Shown in pieces: positions 14,931 through 31,182 of a stretch of 64,000 nucleotides of DNA. The notes under the pieces are model-generated. The model was not told the DNA's origin. It saw nothing but the letters and a program-made list of their open reading frames with translations, and did not search any database. Made by a program: the position numbers and the translations under genes. The stretch is taken from NCBI RefSeq assembly GCF_009914755.1, contig NC_060925.1. The stretch is one strand, 5' to 3'. Every line of letters begins with the position of its first letter. The first letter of the stretch is position 1. The DNA is from the human T2T-CHM13v2.0 reference genome, Homo sapiens.

Positions 14931-15384
14931 TGTATGTTTATTGCGGTACTATTCACAATAGCAAAGACTTGGAACCAACCCAAATGGCCATCAGTGATAG
15001 ACTGGATTAAGAAAATGTGGCACATATACACTGTGGAATACTATGTAGCCATAAAAAAGAATGAGTTCATGTCCTTTGCAGGGACATGGATGAAGCTGGA
15101 AACCGTCATTCTCAGCAAACTATCACAAGATCAGAAAACCAAACACCACACGTTCTCACTCATAAGTGGGAGTTGAATAATGAGAACACATGGACACAGG
15201 GAGGAGAACATCACACACTGGGGCCTGTGGGGGGTGGGGAGCTGGGGGAGGGATAACATTAGGAGAATTACCTAATGTAGGTGACGGGTTGATGGGTGCA
15301 GCAAACTACCATGGCACGTGTATACCTGTGTAACAAAATTGGATGTTCTGCACATGTATCCCAGAACCTAAAGTATAATAATAA
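14931..15384 (+). mobile_element. 5'-truncated L1PA (ORF2 C-terminus + 3' UTR) inserted in a MIR
   Basis: Encodes MFIAVLFTIAKTWNQPKW...WIKKMWHIYT...WMKLETVILSKL (L1 ORF2 end); ends aaagtataataataa; 15-bp TSD aagtatgcc(g/a)tgtta. Confidence 0.95.
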
Positions 15385-16860
15385 AAGTATGCCATGTTAG
15401 CAGCAGTAGCAGTGCTGATACCCATAAAATGAGATGGAAACTGGAATGATGTTGCCTACTTTAAGAGGTTGTCTAGGACTCACTGAGAATGTGGGTAAAA
15501 GTGCTAAGTGGAAAGTTCCTTGCAAGATGTTTACAATCACAAAGCAATTCATAAGGGTCCCTGATGGAGTCTTGATGAGCAAACTCTGGAGAGCTTGTGT
15601 GTGCAAACATTGCACAGACTTGAGGGACACAAGACCCCAGGGACACATTAACAGGAGGCAGATGGCAATAAGAGCTCAACAGACCAATGTGAGTGAACAC
15701 ACTAAGGCCTCTACCCTTTTTCCTTCAAATGTTATTGTTAGTCCTTTCATCTGTGAAAGATAGTTATTTTCATCTGAAGACTACGGTGTAGAGAGGTGCT
15801 TAACTTCAGGCCACATAATTAATCATGGCAGTGATTAAGAGCTTGGGCTGTGAACCCACAGGTACGGATTTGAATCTTGACTACACTCAAAGGTGGGTGG
15901 CGTGGGGACAACTCTGTCACTTCTCTAAGCCTCATTCCTTCATCTATAAACTGGCAATGATACTATGCCCTCATCATTGGGTTTTTATGCGGAGCAAATA
16001 AGAGAGATACTGTGTGAGAAGTATCATACCCAGTGCCTGGTTCTTAGTAAGCGTGCTCAGCAAGGATTCTGGATTCATAGTGGTCCGTGGAGGAATGAAT
16101 TCCTGTTTGCAAGTTGTCTGGTGTTAGAAGCTTTATGGGGTGAAGGTTTGGTGTGGATCTTGAAGGACTGAGAGGTGTGATGGAAGTGAATTTTAGGCAG
16201 AGAGGAGATGTAGAAAGGACGGAATTCTCCAGCAGCAAACATTCCAGCGTGGCTTTAGCTTCAGGTGCATGGAGAAGATGGGGAAAGTTGGCCAGAGACT
16301 GGTGGGCTTTGTGTGTCAAGCTAAGTTTAGGCTTCATCTTGTTGGCAGTGGGAGCTGTTGAAGAGTTTGGAGCAGGAAAGTAACCAGAAGCCTATAGAAG
16401 AAACCCATGTTTTAGGGACACGGGAGTGCAGCCCATATGGAGCTATCATGCCGCCAGCAAACCAATGTATTTTTAAAAATTTATTCATTCAACACAAACT
16501 GATTTAACAAAAATATGCCAGTTACGTGGTAGAAATGGGGAAGTAAAATACAAATATGAACTTGTCTTCCTGGAGCCTACGTTCTGGTGGTGCTTGGGAG
16601 AGGTAGACAACAGCCAGCAAACACACAGCATAATTATGTATGGTAATAAGTGCTATGACAATAATAAAACTAGTCAATGCAATATTGGGTTGGAGTTGAG
16701 TGGTCAGGAAAGGCTCCAGATCTCACTCAAGCTAAATAAGAGTGATGAGAGCTGGTTTTTGGAAGGGCTAGCCGGGGGTTCCACACAGAGGGTAAGGCAA
16801 ACATAGGGGCTGAGGAAGGAAGAAGCAGGCTGTGGTCCAGGGACAGAGAGAAAGGAAAGG

Positions 16861-17347
16861 CCGTGGCCTGTTGGGAACTAGGCAACAGGAGGTGAGCAGC
16901 AGGCAGGTGAACCAGTGAGGCTTCATCTGTATTTACAGCCACTCCCCATTGCTCACATTACTGCCTGAGCTCCACCTCCTGTCAGATCAATGGTGGCATT
17001 AGATTCTCATAGGAACATGAACCCTGTTGTGAACTGTGCATGTGAGGGATCTAGGTTGCGTGCTCCTTATGAGAATCTAATGCCCGATGATCTGTCGGTG
17101 TCTCCCATCACTCCCAGATGGGACCATCTAGTTGCAGGAAAACAAGCTCAGGCCTCCCACTGATTCTACATGATGGTGATTTGTATAATTATTTCATTGT
17201 ATATTGCAATATAGTAATAGAAATAAAGTGTACAAGAAATGTAATGCACTTTTGAATCATTCCGTAAACCAACCCCTACTCCAGGTCTGTGGAAAAATTA
17301 TCTTCCACAAAACCAGTCACTGGTGCCAAAAAGGTTGGGGATCGCTG
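16861..17347 (+). mobile_element. MER1A (hAT-Charlie) DNA transposon
   Basis: ccgtggcctgtt...cattagattctcatagg...ccttatgagaatctaatg...ggtgccaaaaaggttggggatcgctg. Confidence 0.85.
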
Positions 17348-19257
17348 ATACAGTGTCTAGATTTAACTGCAGTTTGTTCTGATTTTATTCAACTTTTTCT
17401 TCCACTGGATTATTCCCATCAGCATAAAACCTTAATACATTATTTCTTCTCTTGAACAAAACAACCAAAACCTCCTGGGGCCCCAATTCTCTGCACAATC
17501 TACTGTTGTCTTTCTTTGCTTCCTTTCAGAGCAGAGCTCTTCAAAGTTGTCTTGCTGTCTCCCATATCTCTCCCCACATCCTTTCTTTTCCTAAAAGCTT
17601 TTCATTTAGAGAAGGTCCAAGAATAGTTCAATACGTTCTCCAATATCCATCATATATATTCACTAGTTACTATCTTTTGACCCCATTTGCTTTGACACCT
17701 TTTCTATCGACACATGCTGGGTTTTTCTTGATCTATTTGAAAGTAAATCTCATGATATTTTACCTGTAAATACTTTTTCATGGATCTGCTTAAAAATAAG
17801 AATATTCTCTTTGAAAACCACAACATAGTGATCAAACACAGGAAATTTAACATTGAAAATATAACCCATATTCAAATTTTACCATCTGTCCCCAAAATGT
17901 TCTTTCAAAAATTTCACCTTAAAATGTCATGTGGCGAGACTCGCTTTTTTTGATGTATAGTTCTCAGTTCTGATAAATGCATGCAGGCATGTAACCACTC
18001 TGGCAATCAAGATATGAGACAGTTCCACCACCTCCAAAAATTCCTCCAGTCCTGTATAGTTAACTCTTCTCACCGCCCCAGAAACGACTGATCTGTTTTG
18101 TTACTATAGTTTTGCCTTCTCCTGAATATCATATAATTGGGAATATGCAGTATGTAAGTCTGGTTTATTTCATGTAGCATAGTAATTTTGACAGTCATGG
18201 ATGTTGTCATGTATATCAATAGTTCCTTTTTATTGCTAAGTAGTATTCCATTGTATGGATGTACCACAGTTTGTTCATTTACCAGCTGAAGAACATTTGG
18301 GTTGTTTAGTGATTATGAATTAAGCCTCTGTAAACATTGGTGTAAGGGTTTTTGTGTGAACATAAGTTCTTATTTCTCTGGAGTACATAGGAATAGGATT
18401 ACTTGTTTGTATGGTAAGTATATGTTTAACTTTAAAAGAAACTCCTAAACTGTTTTCCAGAGTGTACACTTTTATATTCCCACTAGCAGTGTATGAGAGT
18501 TCCAATTTCTCCACATCCTTGTTAGCTCTTGGTATTGTCCTTAAAATTTTATGGTTTTAATTTGTTTTTCTCTAGTGACTAATGACATTTAGCATCTTTC
18601 AGTGTGCTTACTTACCGTCTGTGTAGCTTATTTGATGAAGTGTGAAAATCTTTGGCCCATCTTTGGAAGTGAGTTGTTTGCTTTCTTATTATTGATTATT
18701 AGTTGGTCTTTATATATTCTGGATACAAGTCCTTTAGCAGATGTGTGATGTGTGACTTGCAAATAGTTTCTCCCAGTCTTTGGCTTTTCATTTTCATTCT
18801 CTTGATAGTGTCTTTCAAAGAGCAGAATTTTAAAATTTTGGTGAAGTCCAGGATATTAACTTTTTCTTTTATGAGTGGTGCTTTTGATGTTGTACCTAAG
18901 AAACTTAGATGTTCTTAGATCTAAGGTCACACAGATGTTCTTATGTTTTTTGCAGAAGTTTTATAATTTTCTGTTTTATATCTATATTTTACATGATCCA
19001 TTTTGAGTTAATTATGTTTTTTGTAAACAAGTGAGGAATGAGTCGAGGTTATTATTTTTACACGGAGAAGTCCAGTTTTTCCAGCACCATTTGTTGAAAA
19101 GACTATCTTTTCATCACGGAATTGTCCTTGTACCTTTGTCAAAATCAATTGATTATATTTGTGTGAGTCTATTCTTGGACACTCTGTTCTTTTCTACTGA
19201 TCCATGTGACTGTGCTTTTACCAATGTCACATTGTCTTGATGACTGGGTTTTCTGTC

Positions 19258-19543
19258 TTTTTTTTTTTTTTTGAGACAGGGTCTGGCTGTGTGGCCCAGG
19301 TTGGAGTGCAATGATCTGATGTCAGCTCACTGCAGCCTCTGCCTCCTGGCTTGGCCTCCCAAGTAGCTGGGACTACAGGTGCATGCCACTGAACCTGGCT
19401 AATTTTTTTATTTTTTGTATTTTTAGTAGAGATGGGGTTTCATCATGTTGCCCAGGCTTGTCTCGAACTCCTGAGCTCAAGTGATCTGCCTGCCTTGGCC
19501 TCCCAAAGTGCTGGGATTATAGGTGTGAGCTACCACACCCAGC
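19258..19543 (-). mobile_element. Alu (J-like)
   Basis: Poly-T, gagacagggtct, ctcctgagctcaagtgat. Confidence 0.9.
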
Positions 19544-19783
19544 TCTATCTTGATTATTATAAACTTATAGTGGGCCTTGAAATCAGATAGTGTGAGTCTT
19601 CCAACTTTGTTCTTTTAGAAATTGTTTTGGCTATTCTGATTCCTTTGCCTTACCATATACACTTTAGAATCAACTTGTTGATATCTAACGGTAATCCTGC
19701 TGGGATTCTGAGATTTTGATTAGGATTGAATCTATAAAGCAGCTTAGGTAGAAATGACATTTTAATGATATTGAATTGTCTAA

Positions 19784-20179
<396 letters not shown>

Positions 20180-21601
20180 ATCTCTCTATTTAGGTTTTCT
20201 TTGATTTATTTCATCAGTATTTTGTAGTTTTAAGCACATTTAATGTTTTGTTAGATTTATACCAAAGTATCTCTCTCATAATTTTTGATGTTATTGTCAA
20301 TGATACTTTTTTAAAGAAACACTTTTCAGCGATTTATTGATAGTATATAAAATATAATTGGTTTTTAAAATATTTAACTTGTATCTTGTGACTTAGTCAA
20401 ATTCACTTATTAGTTCTAGGATCTTTTTTGTAGATTCTTTGGCATTTTCTACTTAGACAATTATGTCTTCTGCAAATAGGGATAGTTTTATTTATTTCCA
20501 ATTCATGTGTCTTTTGTTTCTTCAGTCTTGCCATATTGCACTGGTTTAGGACTTTCAGTTCAATGTTGAATATGCGTGGTGAGGACTGACATCTTTACCT
20601 TGTTCCCAGTCTTAGGGAGAAAGCATCCTACTTCTCACTATTACCTATGTGAGTTGTAGGTGTTTGGATATTCTCTTTATTAGGATAAGGAAAGTCTTCT
20701 CTGTTCCTAGTTAAAGATTTTTATGATAAATGCATGTTGAATTCTATCCATTGATTTTTTTTGCATCTGTTGAGATGGTCATATGGTTTTTCTTTTTCAG
20801 TCTGTTACTCGTTTGAATCATACAGATTTAAAATATTGAACCAGTGTTGCATTCCTGGGAGAAGCCCCATTTAGTCATTGTGTACTATTCTTTTTATATA
20901 TTACTGGGCTTGCCAAAATCTTATTAAAGAATAATATATCTTCATGAAAGATTTTTGGTTTGAGTTTTGTTTTATTTTGTAATATCTTTGCTTTTGGTTC
21001 AAGGTAATACTGGCCCCACAAACTGAGTTGGGGTGTGTTGCCTCCTCTTTTGCTTTCTGGGAGAGATTGTGTACCGTTAGTATTATTTCTTCCTTAAATG
21101 TTGGGTAAATTCTCCAGTGAAACCGTTTAGACCTAGAGTATTCTTTGTTGAAGGTTTATAACTAAAAAGTCTATTTCTAATAGTTATATGGCTATTTAAA
21201 TATATATTTCTTCTTGATTGAGCTTTGGTACTTTATGTCTTTAAAGGATTTATCTATTTTACCTAAATTGTCAAAGTGTCAGGTAGAAAGTTATTCCTAA
21301 TATTCTCTTGTTATCCTTTTTGTGTCTGTAGAGTCTGAAGTGATGCCACCTCATTCCTGATCGCAGTCTTTTGTGTCTTTTCTCTTTTTTCTTAGTCTTT
21401 GATCTTTTCAAAGAACTAGCTTTTAGCTTTTGGCTTTATTGACTTTTCACTATTTGTTTTCCATTTTCAATTTCGATTACAGTCATTCACCACATGACAT
21501 TTTGATCAACCACAGATGGCATATATGATGGTGGTCCCATAAGATTATAATATTGTAGTTGTACTGTACCTTTTCTATGTTAAGATACACCAATACTTAC
21601 T

Positions 21602-21733
21602 GGCTGGATATGGTGGCTCATGCCTGTATTCCTGGCCCTTTGAGAAGCCAAGGCAGGAAGAACGCTTGAGGACAGGCATTCAAAACCAGCCCGGACAACA
21701 GAGCAGACTCCATATCTACCAACAAAACAAAAC
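21602..21733 (+). mobile_element. Free left Alu monomer (FLAM-like)
   Basis: ggctggatatggtggctcatgcctgt...cgcttgagg...ccagcccggacaaca...A-rich tail; TSD-like caatacttac/caatacatac. Confidence 0.8.
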
Positions 21734-22510
21734 AATACATACAATTATATTACAGTTGCCTACAGTATTCAGTACAATAACATGCCATACCAGTTTGTAG
21801 CATAGCAAGACTCTATATCTACCAACAAAACAATACAATACATACCATTATGTTAGTCACCTACAGTATTCAGTACAATAACACGCCATACCCGTTTGTA
21901 GCATAGCAAGACTCCATATCTACCAACAAAACAAGACAATACATACCATTATGTTACAATCGCCTACAGTATTCAGTAGAATAACACGCAGTACCAGTTC
22001 ATAGCATAGCAAGACTCCATATCTACCAACAAAACAGGACAATACATACCATTATGTTACAATCGCCTACAGTATTCAGTAGAATAACACGCAGTACCAG
22101 TTCGTAGCATAGCAAGACTCCATATCTACCAACAAAACAAGACAATACATACCATTATGTTACAATCGCCTACAGTATTCAGTACAATAACATGCCGTAC
22201 CGGTTTGTAGCATAGCAAGACTCCATATCTACCAACAAAACAAGACAATACATACCATTATGTTACAATTGCCTACAGTATTTAGTACAATAACATGCAG
22301 TACCAGTTTGTACCATAGCAAGACTCCATATCTACCAACAGTACGTACTATTATTTTACAATTGCCTGCAGTATTCAGTACAATAACATGCTGTACCCGT
22401 TTATAGCATAGCAAGACTCCATATCTACCAATAAAACAAGACAATACATACCATTATGTTACAGTTGCCTACAGTATTCAGTACAATAACATGCAGTACC
22501 AGTTCGTAGC
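21701..22510. repeat. Minisatellite, ~8 copies of a ~103-bp unit
   Basis: catagcaagact recurs at 21801, 21902, 22005, 22108, 22211, 22314 and 22407 (periods 101,103,103,103,103,93), plus a degenerate first copy at ~21701. Confidence 0.97.
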
Positions 22511-23587
22511 TTAGGAGCAAATGGCTATACCATACAACCTAGGTAAGTAGTAGGCTATACCATATCTTTGCTTTCAATGGCCATACATATTTTGGGAGGA
22601 GAAAAATATACTTTATAATTTTTTAAATATTTACCGTTTCTGTTTCTCTTTCTTCATTCCTGAGTGCTAGATTCAGCATTATTTTCCTTCAGCCTGAAGA
22701 GCTTTAATTAGCATTTCTTTTTAAAGCAGTTCTGCTAGTAATTTTCTTAGTTTTCCTTCATCTAAGAATGTCTTAACTTCATTCCTGAAAGATTTTTTGC
22801 TGGGTATAGAATTCTGAGTTGATATCTCTTTTCTTTCAGTCCTTTAAAGATGCCTGACTGTCTTCTGGACTCCATTTTTTTTTTCCCCTGGTGGGAAGTC
22901 TGCAGTCATTCAAAGTGATATTCACCTATATTTAGTGTTTTATTTTTCTCTGGATTCTTTGAAGATTTAAAAAAATATTTGGTATTTAGCAGTTGGGTTA
23001 TAATGTGGTTTTCTGGATGGTTTGCATGGTTTTCTTTGAATTTATTTTCTATGGGGTGTGCTGAGCTTCCTGGCTTTGTAGATTTGTCTTTGACCAAATT
23101 TGGGAAATTTTTAGCCATTATGTCTTCAAAACTTTTTCTGAGCCAGTCTTTTTCCTCTCACTTTGAAACTTCAATGACATGAATGTTAGATCTCTTTATA
23201 TTGCCCCACAGGTCTCTGAAGCTTTGCTCAGTAAATTTTTTTCTCTCTGTGTTTTAGATTGAATAATTTCTATTGATATTTGAAAATCCCCTTACTCATT
23301 CCTCTGTCGTCTCTATTCTATGGAGCAGAACTTTTCTTTGTTTTTATTTTTTATTCTAAATTAAGAATTTACAATTGTATAAATGTATGGGATACAACAT
23401 GTTATAATTTATGAATACAAGGTGGAATAAGTAAATCAAGCTGGTTAACACATCCATTACCTCTAATCCTTAACATTATTTGTGATGAGAGCTTTCAGAA
23501 CTTACTGTCAGCGAATTTGAAATGTACAGTACTCTGTTACGAACTATATTCACCATGCTATGCAATAGAACTCAAAATATTAATAGC

Positions 23588-23924
<337 letters not shown>

Positions 23925-24739
23925 TGAGCATTATGCTGTGAGACTCTGTGTTCTTTTAACATCCTATGGAGAACATTTATTTGGTTGTGTTTTAGCCTTC
24001 AGTCACCCCTGTTGCACGCAGCCTGCAACTCCGTCTTGTCCTTTGTGGGTGGTGATTCCGCTGTGAGTTCAGTACAAAGGCCTGTGCTCTACTGCCATGG
24101 GTGTGTCCCAGCCATGCACAGGTGAGCTGGGACCTGTGCCCGTTCATATATAGAATCTGGGGAATCCTTTCTCTGACTGGCTCCCATTTCTTCAGTATTC
24201 TTCCCCAACTCTTTGAGTTGCATAGGTTCCTTTTCTTGGTCTTATGTCCAGAGAGACAGGATTTTGCTCAGTCTTGGCTGTGCTGGAAACTTGTCTCAGG
24301 TCAAAGTTTGAGAGAAAACAGGAAAATAAAACAAATAGGAACCTCACCCTCTGCAGGTTGCTTCTCCAAGTTTTGATTCTCTTCAGTCTGCCTGTTATTT
24401 TTTTCACTCATTGTCCTCAGGTTGTTGGGTTTTTTGTTTTGTTTTGTTTTTTGTTTTTTATTTGTTTTTTCATTTTGTCTAGAATTTTTAGTCCTACTCA
24501 GTAGGAAAGAGGGCTGAAGGAGGCTTACTTCATCCTGGTGAGCATCAGAAGCCTGTGGTAATGTACCTTAATGCCATTTTTTTTTTTTTTCTGATCTGGG
24601 ATCAGAAACTGTGCGTGGTGTTGGCTGCCATGTCTTTCAATTTTGAACACTTCTTTAATATTTCATTGTTGTGTATGCTGTGATATTTTTGCAGAGCCTG
24701 GGCCAGTTTGGTAGAATTGCTCTCAATCTCTCACCCTTT

Positions 24740-26280
<1,541 letters not shown>

Positions 26281-27135
26281 TTATACCTAGGTAGATGCTA
26301 ATGGGGATTTGTAGAATTGGTGGCTTAGTAAAAATGCTTCTGAATATACAGATTTTATCTCTGTCTTCAAAGCTGGCTCCTTGGACCCATCCAAACTTTC
26401 TTTTACAGTCATGTGCCAGGGGAAGAATGGCCCCTGCCTCCCAGCCTCCTCCTCCCAGGTCAGGTCACTTGGGCCACCAACCTGGAGTCCTTTTCCATCC
26501 CCTACCCTTGCCATGCGCACCTTGTTTCACAGCCACAGTGGAGATCACTCTGCCAGCGTCTCCCATGACACCACATGCCAGGGCCGAGAAGCATTTATCA
26601 GTCACCTGCTCTCAGCAGGGCAGAGCCCGCTTCCCGGAATGTCATGCAGCCGGCCAGTTCTCTGTCACTCTGGATGATTGAGTGTGAGGAATCTATCACT
26701 CAGCCTGCCAGGAGGCGAGGCAGGAGGCCCGGTCACCACAGCTCCATCTCCACGCTCCTTCTTGGCTCTCCCCAGGTCTATGTCAGAGCCGATTAAAGGC
26801 AGATAAGCCTGTTCTCTGCCCTGCAGCCGGTGACAGCAGGGAGCCACTGGCCAGGGCCAGGCCATGGCTCTCATGCTCAATAGTGATGGGTAGATGCAAC
26901 TGCTGTCCAGAAACGGAAGCCGAGCAGATAGCTGGGGGAGCGACAGCCCCAGAATGCTGCCTTCGGGCTGAGCTGCCTTTCCGGAGGCCTCTCTTACAGG
27001 AAACACCCACATACAGTCTAGGCACCCAGTCTGCTGTCTGTCTGACAATTTGTATTCTGCAAGATGAGTTCATACACCTTTCATTGAATATTCCCACACC
27101 CGCTGGATTTTTCCCTTAAAATTTTTTTTTACTAG

Positions 27136-27405
27136 GGCCAGGTGTGGTGGCTTACAACTGTAATCCCAGCACTTTGGGAGGCCTAGGTGGGCGGATTGCT
27201 TGAGCCCGGGAGTTTGAGACCAGCCTAGGCTGTTGCCTAGGAAAATTAGCTGGGTGTGCATGGCTTGCACCTGTAGCCCCAGCTACCCAGGAGGCTGAGG
27301 TGGGAGGATTGCTTGAGCCCAGGAGATTGAGGCTGAAGTGAGACGCGATCGTGCCACTGCCCTCCAGCCTGCGCAAGAGCGAGATCCTGTCTCAAAAAAA
27401 AAAAA
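27136..27405 (+). mobile_element. Alu (J-like) with internal deletion and short inverted insert
   Basis: Mid-region aacat...aaatac is replaced by tgttgcctagg. Confidence 0.9.
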
Positions 27406-27955
27406 CTTTGTTTTTACTAAAAGTTTACTCTAAAAATAATATAGTTGCGGGAATTTAACAAATGCATACAGAAGTGTGCCCAGCTCCACAAACAAGATAC
27501 AGCATAGTTCCATCATGGCCCCAAATTCTGCCATGTCCCCTCTGGTCATCCCCTCTCACCACCTGGCTGCCAGCGGCCACTGATCTGATTTTGGTCCTTA
27601 TAGTTTTACCTTTTCCAGAATGTCATGGGAATGGAGTCATACAGTTTGTCGTCTTTGGGGTCTGGCTTCTTTCAGCCTCGGGCATTTGAGATTTATGCAC
27701 ATATTCATGTTATGGGGTGTATCGGTTGTTCATTCTGTTTTATTACCAGGTAGTATTCCACTGAATGGAGATTTGTGTATTCATTCCCTAGCTGAAGGAC
27801 TTTGGGTTGGTTTCTATTTTTGGCAGTTAGGAATAAGGCTATCTGGCTACTATACGTATGTGCATAAAGGTTTTTGTGTGAACGTACGTTTTCATTTCCC
27901 TTGAGTAAATACGTAAGAGTGGAAATGCAGGTCATACGGTAGGTGTATGTTGAAC

Positions 27956-28228
27956 TTTTTTTTTTTTTTTTGAGATGGAGTTTTGCTCTTGTCACCCAGG
28001 CTGGAGTACAATGGTGCGATCTTGGCTCACCGCAACCTCCACCTCCTGGGTTCAAGGGAATCTCCTCCCTCAGCCCCCCCAGTAGCTGGGATTACAGGTA
28101 TGTGTCACCACGCCCAGCTAATTTTTTTTGTTTTTGTATTTTTAGTAGAGACAGGGTTTCTCCATGTTGGTCGGGCTGGTCTTGAACTCCTGACCTCAGG
28201 TGATCTGCCCGTCTTGGCCTCCCAAAGT
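27956..28228 (-). mobile_element. 5'-truncated Alu (S-type)
   Basis: TSD gtatg(t/c)tgaactttt. Confidence 0.93.
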
Positions 28229-28920
28229 ATGCTGAACTTTTTAAGAAACTGCCACACCATTTTCCAAAGTGCTGGTGTCATTTGCCATTCCCACCAGCTG
28301 TGCATGGGATTTCCAATTTCTCCACTTCCTTGTCAGCACTTGGTAAGGGTGGGCCTTAATTTCGGTCATTCTAATAGGTAGGTGTACAGAAATATCTTGT
28401 GATTTTAACTGGCATTTTCCTAATGAGTAATAATGCTGAATACCTTTTCATGTGTTTATGTGCCATCCATCTATCTTCTTTGGTGAAGTGATTCTTCAAA
28501 GCTTTTGCCCATTAAAAAAAAAAATTGGCTTGTTTCTCCTATTACTGGGTTTTGAGAGTTCTGTATTAAATATATGATTTGTAAGTATTTTCTCCCAGTC
28601 TATGGCTTGTCTTTTCATTCTCTTTGTAGTAAATAGCGTCTTTGGAAGGACAAAAGTTCCTAAATGTGATGAAATCCAGTTTATCAATTTGTTCTTTTGT
28701 GGGTCAGACTTCTAATGTTCTAAGGAAACTTTGCCTTCGTGGTTTCTCCTAGGTGTTCTTTTAGAAGTCTTATGGTTTCAGGTTTTACATTTATTTCTGT
28801 GATCCATTTTAAGTTAATTTTTTGTAAGGTGTGAGGTATGGGCTAAGGTTCTTTTTTTGGTATATGGACATCCAATTGTTCTTTGCTATTTGTTGTAAAG
28901 ACTGTCCTTTCTCCATTTAA

Positions 28921-29313
<393 letters not shown>

Positions 29314-29721
29314 TGACTATTCTTTTACCAGTACCTCCCACATTGTCTTGGCTACTGTAGCTTTTGAGTAAGTCTGAACATCAGGTAGTGACCATACCTA
29401 CCTTTTCAGCAGGGGGGCTGCTGTTCTCCCCACTTTACAGATGAAGAAACTAACCACAATCATGGAGTCTTCCTGATAGTCTCCCTTATCATCAGGTGTT
29501 AGATGCTTAGCTCATGTTTAACACCTAATGCCTGGTGCCTCGCATGCTTGATGCTCAGGACATCGCCTTTGCAGTCTGGGTTGGGTTTGACTCTTAGCTC
29601 TGTTTTTGTTAGTTGTATACCCCTAGGAAAGTAATCTTACCCCCTGTGCCTCAGTTTCTTCATCTGTAAAGTGGACGTCACCTGCCTTATACATCGTGGC
29701 AAATATTAAATGAGTCCATGT

Positions 29722-29801
29722 ATCAAGTGAAACCATGTGAAATTGCTGATCTCTGACCATTTTCACAGACACAAATGACAGTTTTACCTAGTCCAACCTA
29801 A
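29722..29801. mobile_element. MADE2-like mariner MITE inside a MIR
   Basis: ~80 bp, aaccatgtgaaattgctgat...gaccatttt...caacctaa, resembles recalled MADE2. Confidence 0.6.
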
Positions 29802-30395
29802 CATGCAAAGCATTCCTTGTAGTACTGGAGAAAGAGTAGGTTCTCCAGAAAATGGTCCCTGTAGCTGCTGCCATGCTCACTAATACAATGCCTGCTTCTG
29901 CTGCTGTTGCTATGACATTGTTATTACTGAAGGTGGTGGCTCTGAGGCTGATGTTTCATGTTCCTTGTGCCCTCTAATCAGGCAGCCAGTGTCTACAAGG
30001 ACTTCCCAAGTGGCAAGCTTCTTGCTGAGTCTGCCAAGAGTAATCCAACCCTTTGCAGAGTTGGATTGTGGGGCAGAAGTGCTCACCTAGCAGGATACAT
30101 GTGTGTGCAAAGTGCAGTGGGAGAAGCTGAGTGGGCAGGAGGGGTGGGGGCCACTTCCTGGATGTGGCCCATTAAGGGAGCCTGGTAGGATGGTTGGGAA
30201 TTTGGGATGGGGGGAGTGTTCCAGGCACAGGTAATGGCTTGTGTAAAGGCTTGGAAGGGGCAGTGGACAAGCTTCAGGGGGAGCCTGAGGTTTGACTGTT
30301 GGGTAGAGGGGGAAGCTGCTTATGGTGGCCTAGGCTGCCTGCACAACTAACCCCATCCTTTGCTTCCGCAGGTCCCACCCACCTCTGCCTCCGCC

Positions 30396-30743
30396 ATGGC
30401 TGCAAGAACCGTTATCATTGACCACGGGTCTGGCTTTTTGAAGGCTGGCACGGCCGGCTGGAATGAGCCTCAGATGGTCTTCCCGAACATCGTGAACTAC
30501 CTACCGTGCAAGGAGAACCCTGGCCCCAGCTATGCCCGTAGGCGTGTGAGCCTGGGCATCGACATTTGCCATCCTGACACCTTTAGCTACCCCATCGAGC
30601 GGGGCCGCATCCTCAACTGGGAGGGTGTGCAGTACCTCTGGTCATTTGTGTTGGAGAACCACAGACGGGAGCAAGAGGTCCCCCCTGTGATCATCACGGA
30701 GACACCCTTGAGGGAGCCTGCGGACCGAAAGAAGATGCTGGAG
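30396..30743 (+). CDS. ACTL8: ACTL8 first coding exon (exon spans 30372-30743; aa 1-116)
   Basis: Acceptor ttccgcag|gtc at 30371/30372; strong Kozak ccgccATGG at 30396; translation MAARTVIIDHGSGFLKAG...YPIERGRILNWE...PVIITETPL...RKKMLE aligns to the actin N-terminal half (DNGSGMCKAG, YPIEHG, PVLLTEAPL); donor GAG|gtgagg at 30743/30744, phase 0. Confidence 0.97.
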
Positions 30744-30847
30744 GTGAGGCCTGCCGGGGCCTGCTCCCACTCGGGAGCGGGAAACAGACTGACACTATGT
30801 CTGGACTGATTGGGCACCAGGAATTCTGCTTTTTAAGATAAATTGCC

Positions 30848-31182
<335 letters not shown>

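Larger units (their letters stand above)
21480..22562 (+). mobile_element. Tigger3a/Golem-type (TcMar) element, interrupted by a FLAM and a minisatellite
   Basis: cagtcat...ggtggtcccataagattataa...tactgtaccttttctatg...aatacttac, resuming ...gcctacagtattcagtac...taggagcaa...ggctataccat...gtagtaggctatacc. Confidence 0.85.

Noticed and set aside
14892-15176. 94-aa ORF with clear protein-like sequence
   Set aside because: C-terminus of L1 ORF2 in a 5'-truncated L1PA, not a host gene.
17000-17085. Hairpin cattagattctcatagg...ccttatgagaatctaatg as a possible miRNA
   Set aside because: Intrinsic internal palindrome of MER1 elements.
21701-22510. Regular array superficially like a CRISPR array
   Set aside because: Whole units repeat with no unique spacers, there are no cas genes, the context is eukaryotic, and the unit derives from transposons.
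30360-30809. ORF-track boundaries 30360-30809 and 33133-33906 as true CDS limits
   Set aside because: Both start at non-ATG codons in intronic sequence and the first reads through the donor; splice signals define 30396-30743 and 33154-33906.
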